Of a stretch of 64,000 nt of DNA, positions 1 through 9,647 are shown piece after piece (position 1 is the first letter of the stretch; the number at the start of each line of letters is the position of its first letter). The notes beneath the pieces are model-generated. The model was not told the origin of the DNA. It made no database searches and saw nothing but the letters and a program-made list of their open reading frames with translations. Source of the DNA: an uncultured Gemmatimonadales bacterium (GTDB taxonomy: Bacteria > Gemmatimonadota > Gemmatimonadetes > Longimicrobiales > RSA9); the NCBI GenBank assembly GCA_963783305.1, contig CAWAMW010000002.1, forward strand, positions 480,001-544,000, in the 5' to 3' direction. The position numbers were made by a program, and so were the translations under genes.

Positions 1-358
1 GAACCGCGTCCTCTGCGGACCGCCCCTCCGCCCGGGCGCCCCGGATCTCCACCAGTAGCGGTGCGACATCGGGGAGCGGACGGCTTGCCAGGAGCCCTCG
101 CAGCAGCACCAGGATCGCCGACAGGTCGCCGTCCGGGTTCCGCGGCAGCCCGTAGTTCACGATCAGCCCGTCCCGCTCGTCCTCCAGCACGCCCGCATCC
201 CGCAGGTAGCGCAGGTGCCGCGACGCTTTCGGCTGCGTGATCCCGAGGATCTGCTCCACCTCGCAGACGCACAGCGGCCCGTGGCGGAAGATCAGCCCCA
301 TGACCCGCAGTCGCGTCTCGTTCGAGAGCGCCTTGAAGATGTCGGCCAGTCCGTCCAT
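1..358 (-). CDS. arsR: ArsR/SmtB family transcriptional repressor (3' end runs off the window)
   Basis: Translated by hand from ATG at 358: MDGLADIFKALSNETRLRVMGLIFRHGPLCVCEVEQILGITQPKASRHLRYLRDAG...; ArsR HTH with a CVC motif; near-identical to 35086..35487. Confidence 0.9.
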   Translation of the reverse strand, partial: MDGLADIFKALSNETRLRVMGLIFRHGPLCVCEVEQILGITQPKASRHLRYLRDAGVLEDERDGLIVNYGLPRNPDGDLSAILVLLRGLLASRPLPDVAPLLVEIRGARAEGRSAEDAV

Positions 359-366
359 GTCGCCTC

Positions 367-384
367 CAATCGAAAAGTCGATTG
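367..384. promoter_or_regulatory. Inverted repeat CAATCGA-AAAG-TCGATTG, probable ArsR operator
   Basis: Perfect 7-bp arms just upstream of the arsR start; an equivalent palindrome lies at 35496..35513 before the paralog. Confidence 0.7.
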
Positions 385-561
385 AAAGGTTGCACTCGTT
401 CCGCCCGGGGTCAGTAGGGGAATCCCTGCTTCTGGATTGGTGCTTCGCCCCACATCGTCCAATCGATCATACGATTCAAGCTCACCAGGAAGGTGCGGGA
501 GCCGAGTACACGGGCCGTGAACGCATTGTCACCGGTAGAGCTGCTGCGGATCCCGGCAGGA

Positions 562-813
562 GCGGGAGTCGCGGGAGTCGCGGGAGGCGCGGGAGGCGCG
601 GGAGTCGCGGGAGTCGCGGGAGGCGCGGGAGGCGCGGGAGGCGCGGGAGGCGCCGGAGTCGCCGGAGTCGCGGGAGGCGCGGGAGGCGCGGGAGGCGCGG
701 GAGTCGCGGGAGGCGCGGGAGGCGCGGGAGGCGCGGGAGGCGCGGGAGGCGCGGGAGGCGCGGGAGTCGCGGGAGTCGCGGGAGTCGCGGGAGGCGCGGG
801 AGGCTCGGGAGGC
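562..813. repeat. Tandem repeat of the 9-bp unit GCGGGAG(T/G)C, about 28 copies
   Basis: Directly visible; explains the low-complexity ORFs in all six frames. Confidence 0.95.
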
Positions 814-854
814 GCTGCGGGACGGGATTGAACGGGTGCGGGAGCACGCCGGGT

Positions 855-1150
855 GGATTCTGAAGAACCCGGGCTCGATCGCGAGCACGCGGCGGCACGT
901 CCTGGACCGTGCGTTCTCCGGCCGGCGGGACGTTCCCTGGGGGTGTTCGCAGCCCCGGCCGCGAAGAGCGAGAGCCATGGCTGCAAAGACCATGAGTATT
1001 CTGGCGTTCGCAGCCACGGGAGCGGCCGCGGAGGTCCAGGGCGGCAGACACCAGGATGATCATGGTGTTCGCAGCAAGCGCGCGGACCGCGGCCGTCTGC
1101 GGCTGCGATCACTGCGCCCGCGTCCGCCGCCACGCTTCCCTCAGGGCGGT
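855..1150. repeat. Dispersed element, copy 1: 61-bp-period array of ~35-bp imperfect palindromes (core 942..1112)
   Basis: GTGTTCGCAGC-like at 943, 1004, 1065; its inverse GCTGC(A/G)xxxAC-like at 980, 1041, 1102; homologous to 6500..6875. Confidence 0.8.
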
Positions 1151-1440
1151 CCTCGAGTCTTCCGCGGCCCTTCCGGGAATTCCGATCGCTACCCCACCAT
1201 TCTCGGCATCGGCGGCCGTGTGACCGAGGTGTACAGCCCCACCGAAGGCCGCCGAAGCCGGCTCGGGGCGGGCATCATGGGCTGGATCGACCGCGCCGCA
1301 GACGGGGGACACAGAACGAATCCGATTACGGCCGCACTTCCGCGACGCAGAAGGATCGTGGTCGGCCTCGGTGCAACCCGCGGGTCCGACAACCTGCGGC
1401 CGCTCACTTCTCCGAGTTGGAGGTGGCGCCGAACCTGACG

Positions 1441-1614
1441 CAGAACGCGGGCTGAAGAGAACGCGGGCTGAAGAGAACGCGGGCTGAAGAGAACGCGGAC
1501 TATGGCAGAACGCGGAGCCGGCAGAACGCGGAGCCGGCAGAACGCGGAGCCGGCAGAACGCGGACTATGGCAGAACGCGGAGCCGGCAGAACGCGGAGCC
1601 GGCAGAGCGCGGAC
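1441..1614. repeat. Tandem repeat of 16/17-bp units with AGAACGCGG core, 11 copies
   Basis: Cores at 1442, 1458, 1474, 1490, 1507, 1523, 1539, 1555, 1572, 1588, 1604; three tail variants. Confidence 0.95.
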
Positions 1615-1619
1615 CCGGG

Positions 1620-1994
1620 TCAGCGGCTCGAGTGGAGCGCTACGCGGTTGTCTTCCGTGTCCTCGAGGTGAGCGGTGAAACCGAACTCGCCGATGGCGGT
1701 GCGCCCTTTCAGGACCCGGCCGCCGTGGGACCCGACGCGCCCCAGGGCCGCGTCCAGGTCGTCGACGCTGAAGTAGACGAGCGATCCGGCGTGGGATGGC
1801 TCGTACGCCGGATGCTGGACGAGAGATCCGGTGGCGCCATCGCCGCCCTGCTGCATGGGGAACCAGGCCATCCGCAGCTCACCTAACTCCTGGCGCGCCA
1901 TCTCGATGGCGAGGACCGCCTCGTAGAAGCGTTGCGCGCGCTCGACGTCCCGAGCGGGGATCTCGAACCAGTTGACGGGATTCGCGGTGGCCAT
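1620..1994 (-). CDS. VOC/glyoxalase family protein
   Basis: NPVNWFEIP..D.ERA.RFYE ... LVYFSVDDLDAAL..V...GG ... FTAHLEDTEDNRVALH. Confidence 0.9.
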   Translation of the reverse strand: MATANPVNWFEIPARDVERAQRFYEAVLAIEMARQELGELRMAWFPMQQGGDGATGSLVQHPAYEPSHAGSLVYFSVDDLDAALGRVGSHGGRVLKGRTAIGEFGFTAHLEDTEDNRVALHSSR

Positions 1995-2129
1995 GGTCCT
2001 CACTCGTCCGGGGGTCTCGAGCGGCTCCGGAATGGTATCGTGGCGTGTGAGGTCGTGTCAAAGCTCCCGGCCCATCGGAGGAAACAGACACGTCTCTGAT
2101 CCGCCCGTCCCGAAATGCGAGGATCTGCG

Positions 2130-2408
2130 TCAGGCTGTCCGTCGCAGCTGTGCGTAAACGCCGAGCCGGTCGGTGATCTGCCAGTGCGTTCGGGCGCCCG
2201 CGTACACGTGGAATCCGTTGCTGGAGAGCACTTCGGTCATCCTGAGGCCGATGCCCGACGTCGAGCCCGTGACGAATACCGCCCGCTCACGGCCCTCAAC
2301 CGGGGACTGCTGGGCTTCGGCGTCGGTGAACGAAGAGGCAAGGAAGATGGCGGCGGCCGCAAAGCCGCGGGCGAGGGTCAGGACCGGGTGTCGTCTGGTG
2401 TTACACAT
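2130..2408 (-). pseudogene. Truncated secreted SDR oxidoreductase (N-terminal fragment)
   Basis: Signal peptide followed by the Rossmann start VFVTGSTSGIG...GFHVYAGAR, then an early stop at 92 aa. Confidence 0.65.
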
Positions 2409-2540
2409 GAAAGGCTATCCTGTTGGAGTTGGACCGACACGCCCTGTACGGAACGCGACGACGCAACCTTCGATAGCGGACGGCGAGCGAAGTCCGTCAT
2501 GCGCCACTCCCCTGCCACCGTGGCCGAACGTTGGGTGGGG

Positions 2541-3008
2541 TCAGGCGGCGCGGACAAGGAGCACCAGCCAGAGGCAAACACCGGCGATCGCCAGGTTGAA
2601 GGCGGCGCGCATGACCCAGGGCCGGCGGGAAAGGTCGACCCCCAGAGCCTCGCCAGCGAGTACGGCCAGACTCATGGCGAAGAACCACGGGGTAAAGAGA
2701 ACGAACCGCGACCGGTGCACTACCATCACCGCGATGTCGTGGATCGCCCCGCTGACCAGAAAAGTGAGCACCACCGCCCCTGCCCGGGGCAGGTGTCGTC
2801 GGCCCGGTCGATAGACGTAGCGGCCGAGATAGTAGCCCCAGATCGGGTTCCAGTACCGCCAGAAGCCTGCGAAGCTCGGGGCACCCAGGGAGCGGAGTAG
2901 CATGTTGCGCAGCGAACGGCTCCCGCCCATCGGGACTCCGTTGCGGGCCAGCACGTACTGGCGCAGCGTGAGCCGACGGGAGGTCTCCGTGCGATAGCGA
3001 TCAGTCAT
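2541..3008 (-). CDS. Short MBOAT-like membrane O-acyltransferase domain protein
   Basis: SFAGFWRYWNP and TFLVSGAIHD resemble the MBOAT FW..WN and SG..H motifs; paralog at 40749..41213. Confidence 0.7.
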   Translation of the reverse strand: MTDRYRTETSRRLTLRQYVLARNGVPMGGSRSLRNMLLRSLGAPSFAGFWRYWNPIWGYYLGRYVYRPGRRHLPRAGAVVLTFLVSGAIHDIAVMVVHRSRFVLFTPWFFAMSLAVLAGEALGVDLSRRPWVMRAAFNLAIAGVCLWLVLLVRAA

Positions 3009-3399
3009 GGCTCGAGCGTGACTCCGTGTTCTCAGCGCAGGGGCCGCCCGATCGTGCGTCGGCGGGCGTGGGGTGTCGGAGCCTGGACGAAGGTGAAGCT
3101 CCCGTCAAGGACCGGTCCCGCCGCGCACCGATCGTGAGGCGATGCTTGACACGCCAGAACACGAGGCCGATGGTGGTCGTTCCGCATTCGGCGACGGTTC
3201 GGCTCCGGCGCCACTCCGCTCAACTGGATCGAGTAATGCAGCCTGCCCAGCGCATCGCGCGGCTCACGGGAGAGCTTCGGCGCGTTCCTTTTCCCCGCGC
3301 ACGCGGCATTCCATGCGGCACTTGTTATGGTCGCGGGAGGAGCAGAGTGACTGCGGGGGGCACGTGGGCGCTCCGACCGGCGCCGCCGGGGAGCGAACG

Positions 3400-3951
3400 A
3401 TGACGCCGTTCGAGTACCTGGCGGTCCTCATCTCCATCGTTCTGGGGCTCGGTGTGACCGAGCTGCTCGCCGGCCTGCAGCGACTCGCCCATGCCCGCGA
3501 CCGGGTACGGTTCCACTGGCTCCCCCTCATCTGGAGCGCCCTCGTCTTCGTGACCCTGGTCCAGTGGTGGTGGGCGGCGTTCGGGTTCCGGGACCAGGCT
3601 CGGTGGAACTTCTTCTCCTTCCTCCTGGTCCTGCTCGTTCCCGTCCTCCTGTACATGGCCGCGGCGCTGGTGCTGCCGGCGGAGCAGGCCGAGGGACGCT
3701 ACGATCTCCGGGAGCACTATTTCGGGATCCATCGCCTCTTTTTCGGCGTGACCGGCGCGGCTACGCTGCTCGAGAGCGTCCGGGCGCTTCGAGTGCCCGA
3801 CTGGCAGGCGGCGGCCCTCAACCTCGCCGCCACCCTGCTGCTGGGATCGCTGGCCACCGTGAGGAGCCCGCGCTATCACGCCGCCGGAACCGTTCTGGCC
3901 GCGCTGCTCCTCGGGGCGTTCGTGGTGGCGGAGACGCTGCGGATCGCCTGA
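3400..3951 (+). CDS. Conserved hypothetical multi-pass membrane protein
   Basis: MTPFEYLAVLISIVLGLG... with about 6 hydrophobic segments. Confidence 0.75.
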   Translation: MTPFEYLAVLISIVLGLGVTELLAGLQRLAHARDRVRFHWLPLIWSALVFVTLVQWWWAAFGFRDQARWNFFSFLLVLLVPVLLYMAAALVLPAEQAEGRYDLREHYFGIHRLFFGVTGAATLLESVRALRVPDWQAAALNLAATLLLGSLATVRSPRYHAAGTVLAALLLGAFVVAETLRIA

Positions 3952-4287
3952 CTTGAGGCCGAAAGGTGGCCGGAAGCGCTTCGACCGCCGCTTTCCGGGT
4001 ACCGCTGCCCACGGGAGGATGAGGCCCTCCGGCTACGCCGCGAGGGGCCAAGATCCGACCGTCGCTGACCCCGCGCGCTGCGGCGATGACGCGCGCGTTC
4101 AGGCGCCGACGCATGTGGGGCGTGTCTCTTCGCCGGCCGTGCCCGTGGGGGGGGGCGACGTGGACGGTGTCGTCCGCGATGGGCGCGGGCCGAAGCCGAT
4201 CGATCGGAGGATCCGTGATCTGCCCCTCGGCGGGGCGCCCCGGGAGCAGCCCGGCGAGGGCGAGCAGGACGGCCAGGCGAGGCATGG

Positions 4288-6332
4288 CTACTCGCCGCGG
4301 AGCCAGGCCCGCCAGGCGTCGGCGTTGAAGGGGCGGCCGAGGAATCGCTCGACGAGGACCGCGCTCGGGGCCGTCCCCGTGGGCGCGAGGAGCTCGTCGA
4401 GATAGCGGCGGCCGGTGGCGGGGTCGAGGAGGTCGTCGCGGTCGAACGCCGTGAGGAGGTCCTGCGCGATGACATCGGACCAGAGGTAGGTGTAGTAGTT
4501 CGACGAGTAGCCGTAGAGGTGCTGGACCATGCGGCGGGGCGCAGCCACTCCGGGGGCGTGATGGGGAGGTAGGCGGCGACGCGGCGCTCGACCTCGGCGG
4601 TGGGCAGCTCCTCGGGCGGGGCCGTGTGGAGGTCGAACGCGAGGGCTGCGAGCCAGAGGTTCTGGCGGGCGGCGCCGGCGCGGCCGAACGCGCTCGCCTG
4701 GCGGTAGGCCTCGACGAGATCGGCGGGGATCGGCTCCCCCGTCTCGTGGTGGCGGGCGAACCGGGCGAGGACGTCGTAATCCTGCGTCCACGCCTCCAGC
4801 AGCTGCAATGGGGCCTCGACGAAGTCGGCCTCGAAGTCGCCGAAGACGTCGGCGCGGCCGGCGGCGAGCATGTGGATGAGGTGGCCGAACTCGTGGAAGA
4901 GGGTGGAGACCTCGTGTGCCTCGAGCAGCCCGGGGTCGCCCTGGGCGCCGCCGGGGAAGTTGCACAGGAGCGCCCCCTCGGGGACTTCGCCGCCGCCCAG
5001 GCGGAGCGGGAAGGCGGCGAAGTGGCTGAACTTCCCGTCGCGCGGGTGCATGTCGAGGGTGAATCGGCCGACGAGCGCGCCGTTCTCCCACACCTCGTAG
5101 GGCTCGGCGGCACCGGCCCAGGCGGGAGCGTCCGGAGCACGGCGGAACTCGAGCCCGAACATCTCGCTGTAGGCATCGAGCATCCCGTCGCGCACGGCGG
5201 AGTAGGGGAAGTAGGGCCGCATGGCCCGGGCGTCGAAGGCGTGGTCCTCCTGCTGGAGCCGGAAGGTCCAGTGGTACTGATCGAAGTACGGGATCGACGT
5301 GGCCCCGGGCTCGTGGCGCTGGCGGAAGGCGAGGAGGGCGGCGGCATCGCGCGCGGCGGCCGCCTCGGAGGCCTCGGCCACCTCGTCCAGGAAGGCGGCG
5401 AGGCGCTCGGGTGTGCCCGCCATCTTGGAGTCCAGGCTGTAGGCGGCCCACGAGTCGAAGCCGAGCAGCGTCGCCAGCTCGTGGCGGAGCGCCCGGAGGG
5501 AGTCGATCACGGGGATGTTCTGCGGGTTACCCCGGTCCAGGAACGCGCGGGCCGCGCGCTGACGGAGGTCGGCGTTCTCGGCGTAAATGGCGAGGGGGGC
5601 GAAGAGGTTCGGCGTGATGGCGATGACGAGCCGGCCGGCGTCGTCGGTCGGGCCGGACGCGAGCGCCGCGGCGAAGTCCGGTGGGAGGCCGCCGAGGGAG
5701 TCGGGCGAGACGGTGATGGAGCGGATGTCGGAGTGGATGTTCTGCTCGAAGCGGGTGCCGACCTCGGCGATCCGGGCGCGCAGGTCGGCGATGCGAGCGC
5801 GCGCGGGCGCGTCGAGCGCGATGCCGCCGCGGCGGTAGCTTTCGAGGTCCTGGTCGAGGACGTAGCGGAGGGCGGGGGTGAGGCCGTCGGCGTCCACCGC
5901 GGACAGGGGGTCGGCGTCCAGGGCGGCGAGGGCATCGTAGATCGCCCGGTCGACGGCGAGGGCGCTGGACCGCTCGTCCAGGAGGGCGTCGCGGGCGCGG
6001 GCGTAGGCCCGGAAGGCGGAGTCGGGGTGGGCGTTGAGAGCGATCTGGGTGAGCTGCTGTGCCTTCCCGAGCTCGTGCTGGGCGCGCTTGAACGGGAGCA
6101 GGGTGTTCTCGGCCGATCGCGCCCCCCGCACGGCGCGGACGGCATCGAGCAGGCGCTCGGCCTCGGCGACGTGGGCGTCTACGCGGAGGCCGAGGGAGGT
6201 CGTGTCGGTGATGCCGGCCCAGACGGGGCCCGGATCGGCCAGGCCACGGCCGGACTGGGCCGCCGCGGGAACCGAGAGCAGGATGCCGCCGACGAGTGCG
6301 GTCGCGAGGATGATGCGGGGGCGCAGGCGCAT
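4288..6332 (-). pseudogene. Secreted M3 family (thimet oligopeptidase-like) metallopeptidase, frameshifted near 4525
   Basis: Signal peptide, LDMHPRDGK, TLFHEFGH and DFVEAP lie in one frame; the C-terminal HLYGYSSNYYTYLWS...ERFLGRP lies in another frame ending at 4288. Confidence 0.85.
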
Positions 6333-6499
6333 GGAGCTTCCGCTGTCTTGGGGGGAACCGGCCCGAGGGAGGGCACCGTGATTGGCGCTTCGCGTACGGC
6401 CGAACGCGCGGTCGCCGAAGGTATTGCGCGTGTCCCGGACGCGCAAACGAGGCTATTGTCGAGCTGGGGCTCTCCCGGGCGAGCAGAAGGCCATGACGA

Positions 6500-6875
6500 T
6501 CTCCGAAAGGCCCCTTCTCGAGCTCGCGCAGGAATGGCGGGGCAGGAAGGGCGGAGCAGGAAGGGCGGAGCGGGAAGGGCGGGCCAGGAAGTGGCGGAGC
6601 GGGAAGGGTCCGGGGGGGGCCGGGGGGCGGTCCCTGATCCGCGGGCGCCCCTCCCGGCGGTGGGGTCCCCCACGCGGTGTTCGCAGCCCGGGACGGCGGC
6701 GGCGAGGCCGGTGGCTGCAGAAACCGTGATCATCCTGGTGATTGCATCCACGAGTGGGGCGGCGGGGGTCCACGGCGGCAGACACCACCGTGGTCATGGT
6801 GTCCGCAGCAATCGCTTGGAATCCGGGTGTTCATGGCTGCGATCACCAGGGCCGCCCCGATTCTCACAGGCGGTG
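6500..6875. repeat. Dispersed element, copy 2: 61-bp-period palindrome array (core 6676..6847) with an internal ~14-bp tandem repeat GGAAGGGCGGAGC(A/G) at ~6543..6608
   Basis: Motifs at 6677, 6738, 6799 and inverse motifs at 6714, 6775, 6836; same spacing as copy 1. Confidence 0.8.
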
Positions 6876-6958
6876 GTCAGCGCACCGCGCCCGCTGATCA
6901 ACCTGAACACTGTCCCTCCCGGACCCACAGGCGACCACCCTGGCCTGCCGGGTGAGAC

Positions 6959-7873
6959 TCAGTGCTCCGGCGTCCGGGCGCCGAGAGCGAGGCACAGGCG
7001 CGCGAGCACTTTGTCGGGCTCCTTCATGATCTGTCGCGGGGTGAAGCGCAGGACCATTATCCCCCGTGCGGCGAGGGCGGTGCCGCGGCTGCGATCGTTC
7101 TCGAAGGCCGGACGCTGGCGGTGAACCGTGTAGCCGTCGATCTCCACGGCGAGACGATAGTCGGGGAACAGCAGATCGACCTCCATGCCGTGGATTCTGG
7201 CATTGACCCTGGGCCGCGGGACGCCCGCCGTCCGCAGCCCCTTCAGGAGCAGGAGCTCGGGCGGCGAGCGAGTGAGGGCGGGACCGACGATGTCGTCGAG
7301 CAGTGCCCTGAGCTTTCCGCACCCCGGTCGGCCGGGATAGCGATCGATCGTGGCCCGAACCTCCTCGAGGGTGACCAGCTCCTGCCGTTCGGCCCGGGCG
7401 AGAGCGCGCTCGAGGTCGTACGGGCCGAGGCAGGCCGCGAGGTCCAGGATCGTCCGCGGGGCCGCGGAGAGCGGCAGGCCATGCCGTCGATCGACCTCTT
7501 CGGCGGGGAGCGCCCCGACGCGGTGGAGGCGGACCCCGGACCGTGGACCGCGCAGGGTGCGCGGGCCGGACACGTGGACGGGCTCCTCGGGTCGGGGCTC
7601 GGCGATAAATCGCAGGATCCCGGCTGCCGTCGAGTGCGTCAGCACGGCCTCGTCGCCACAGGCGAGCAGCGCGGCGGACTCTGCCTGGTACTTCGCCGTG
7701 ACAGGTCCCGTTCGGTACACGCCGCGGTGCAGGGGGCAGAGAGTTCCCGTCCGGAGCCGGTGCTCGATAGCGCCCCGAGACAGCCCCCGCTGCCGCAGCT
7801 GTTCGCGGGTGACCACCCCGTGCTGACCCGCCGCGATGTCCCGGATCCGGATGTCCGGATGGATGAGGTTCAT
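6959..7873 (-). CDS. AbiEi-type N-terminal wHTH plus DUF559 (Vsr-like PD-(D/E)xK endonuclease) protein
   Basis: AAGQHGVVTREQL...LHRGVY N-terminus; TRSPPE...EVDLLFPDYRLAVEIDGYTVH...FENDRSR...G..VLRFT C-terminus. Confidence 0.85.
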   Translation of the reverse strand: MNLIHPDIRIRDIAAGQHGVVTREQLRQRGLSRGAIEHRLRTGTLCPLHRGVYRTGPVTAKYQAESAALLACGDEAVLTHSTAAGILRFIAEPRPEEPVHVSGPRTLRGPRSGVRLHRVGALPAEEVDRRHGLPLSAAPRTILDLAACLGPYDLERALARAERQELVTLEEVRATIDRYPGRPGCGKLRALLDDIVGPALTRSPPELLLLKGLRTAGVPRPRVNARIHGMEVDLLFPDYRLAVEIDGYTVHRQRPAFENDRSRGTALAARGIMVLRFTPRQIMKEPDKVLARLCLALGARTPEH

Positions 7874-7944
7874 GCCTCAGGATTACTCGCGTCCCGGGGC
7901 ACGACCATGGCTGGATGGGACAGCGTGTCGAGCGGCCGGTCCGC

Positions 7945-9444
<1,500 letters not shown>

Positions 9445-9541
9445 TCAAATCACGGCCGGCGTTACCGCAGATCTCGACCGACGTCCAGCGCGAGGATCAC
9501 GGAGCGGACGGACGGAATCCGCGGGCGGTGTCAGCTCTTAC

Positions 9542-9597
9542 CTAAAGCCTTAGTTGACACCCGCCTCGGGTCGGCATACGTTCGCCTAAAGGATTAG
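9542..9597 (+). promoter_or_regulatory. Sigma70-type promoter (TTGACA 9554, N17, TACGTT 9577) flanked by two CTAA-N4-TTAG boxes (9542..9553, 9586..9597)
   Basis: Directly visible; matches the box in the blaI intergenic region. Confidence 0.7.
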
Positions 9598-9647
9598 TGC
9601 GCAGTGCGGGCGCGCCGTATCGGGAAAGCGGAGGATCGGGAGGGATC

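Noticed and set aside
942..1112. Calling the 61-bp array a CRISPR
   Set aside because: Only two full and two half repeats, degenerate units, spacers partly homologous between the two loci, and no cas gene or AT-rich leader
237..1133. ORFs across the 9-bp repeat (poly-RGR, PAP, LPR, GAG)
   Set aside because: Open frames are a by-product of a stop-free 9-mer; the 411..1133 frame also ends inside the conserved arsR promoter region
1170..1400. Possible GNAT acetyltransferase remnant (GRVTEVYSPTEGRRSRLGAGIMGW)
   Set aside because: Similarity is too weak to support by eye
3876..4287. C-terminal extension of the 856-aa M3 ORF
   Set aside because: Out-of-frame read-through after the frameshift; the real C-terminus ends at 4288
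855..6875. Composite transposon bounded by the two array elements
   Set aside because: No transposase, no clear terminal inverted repeats or target duplication, and the copies are substantially diverged
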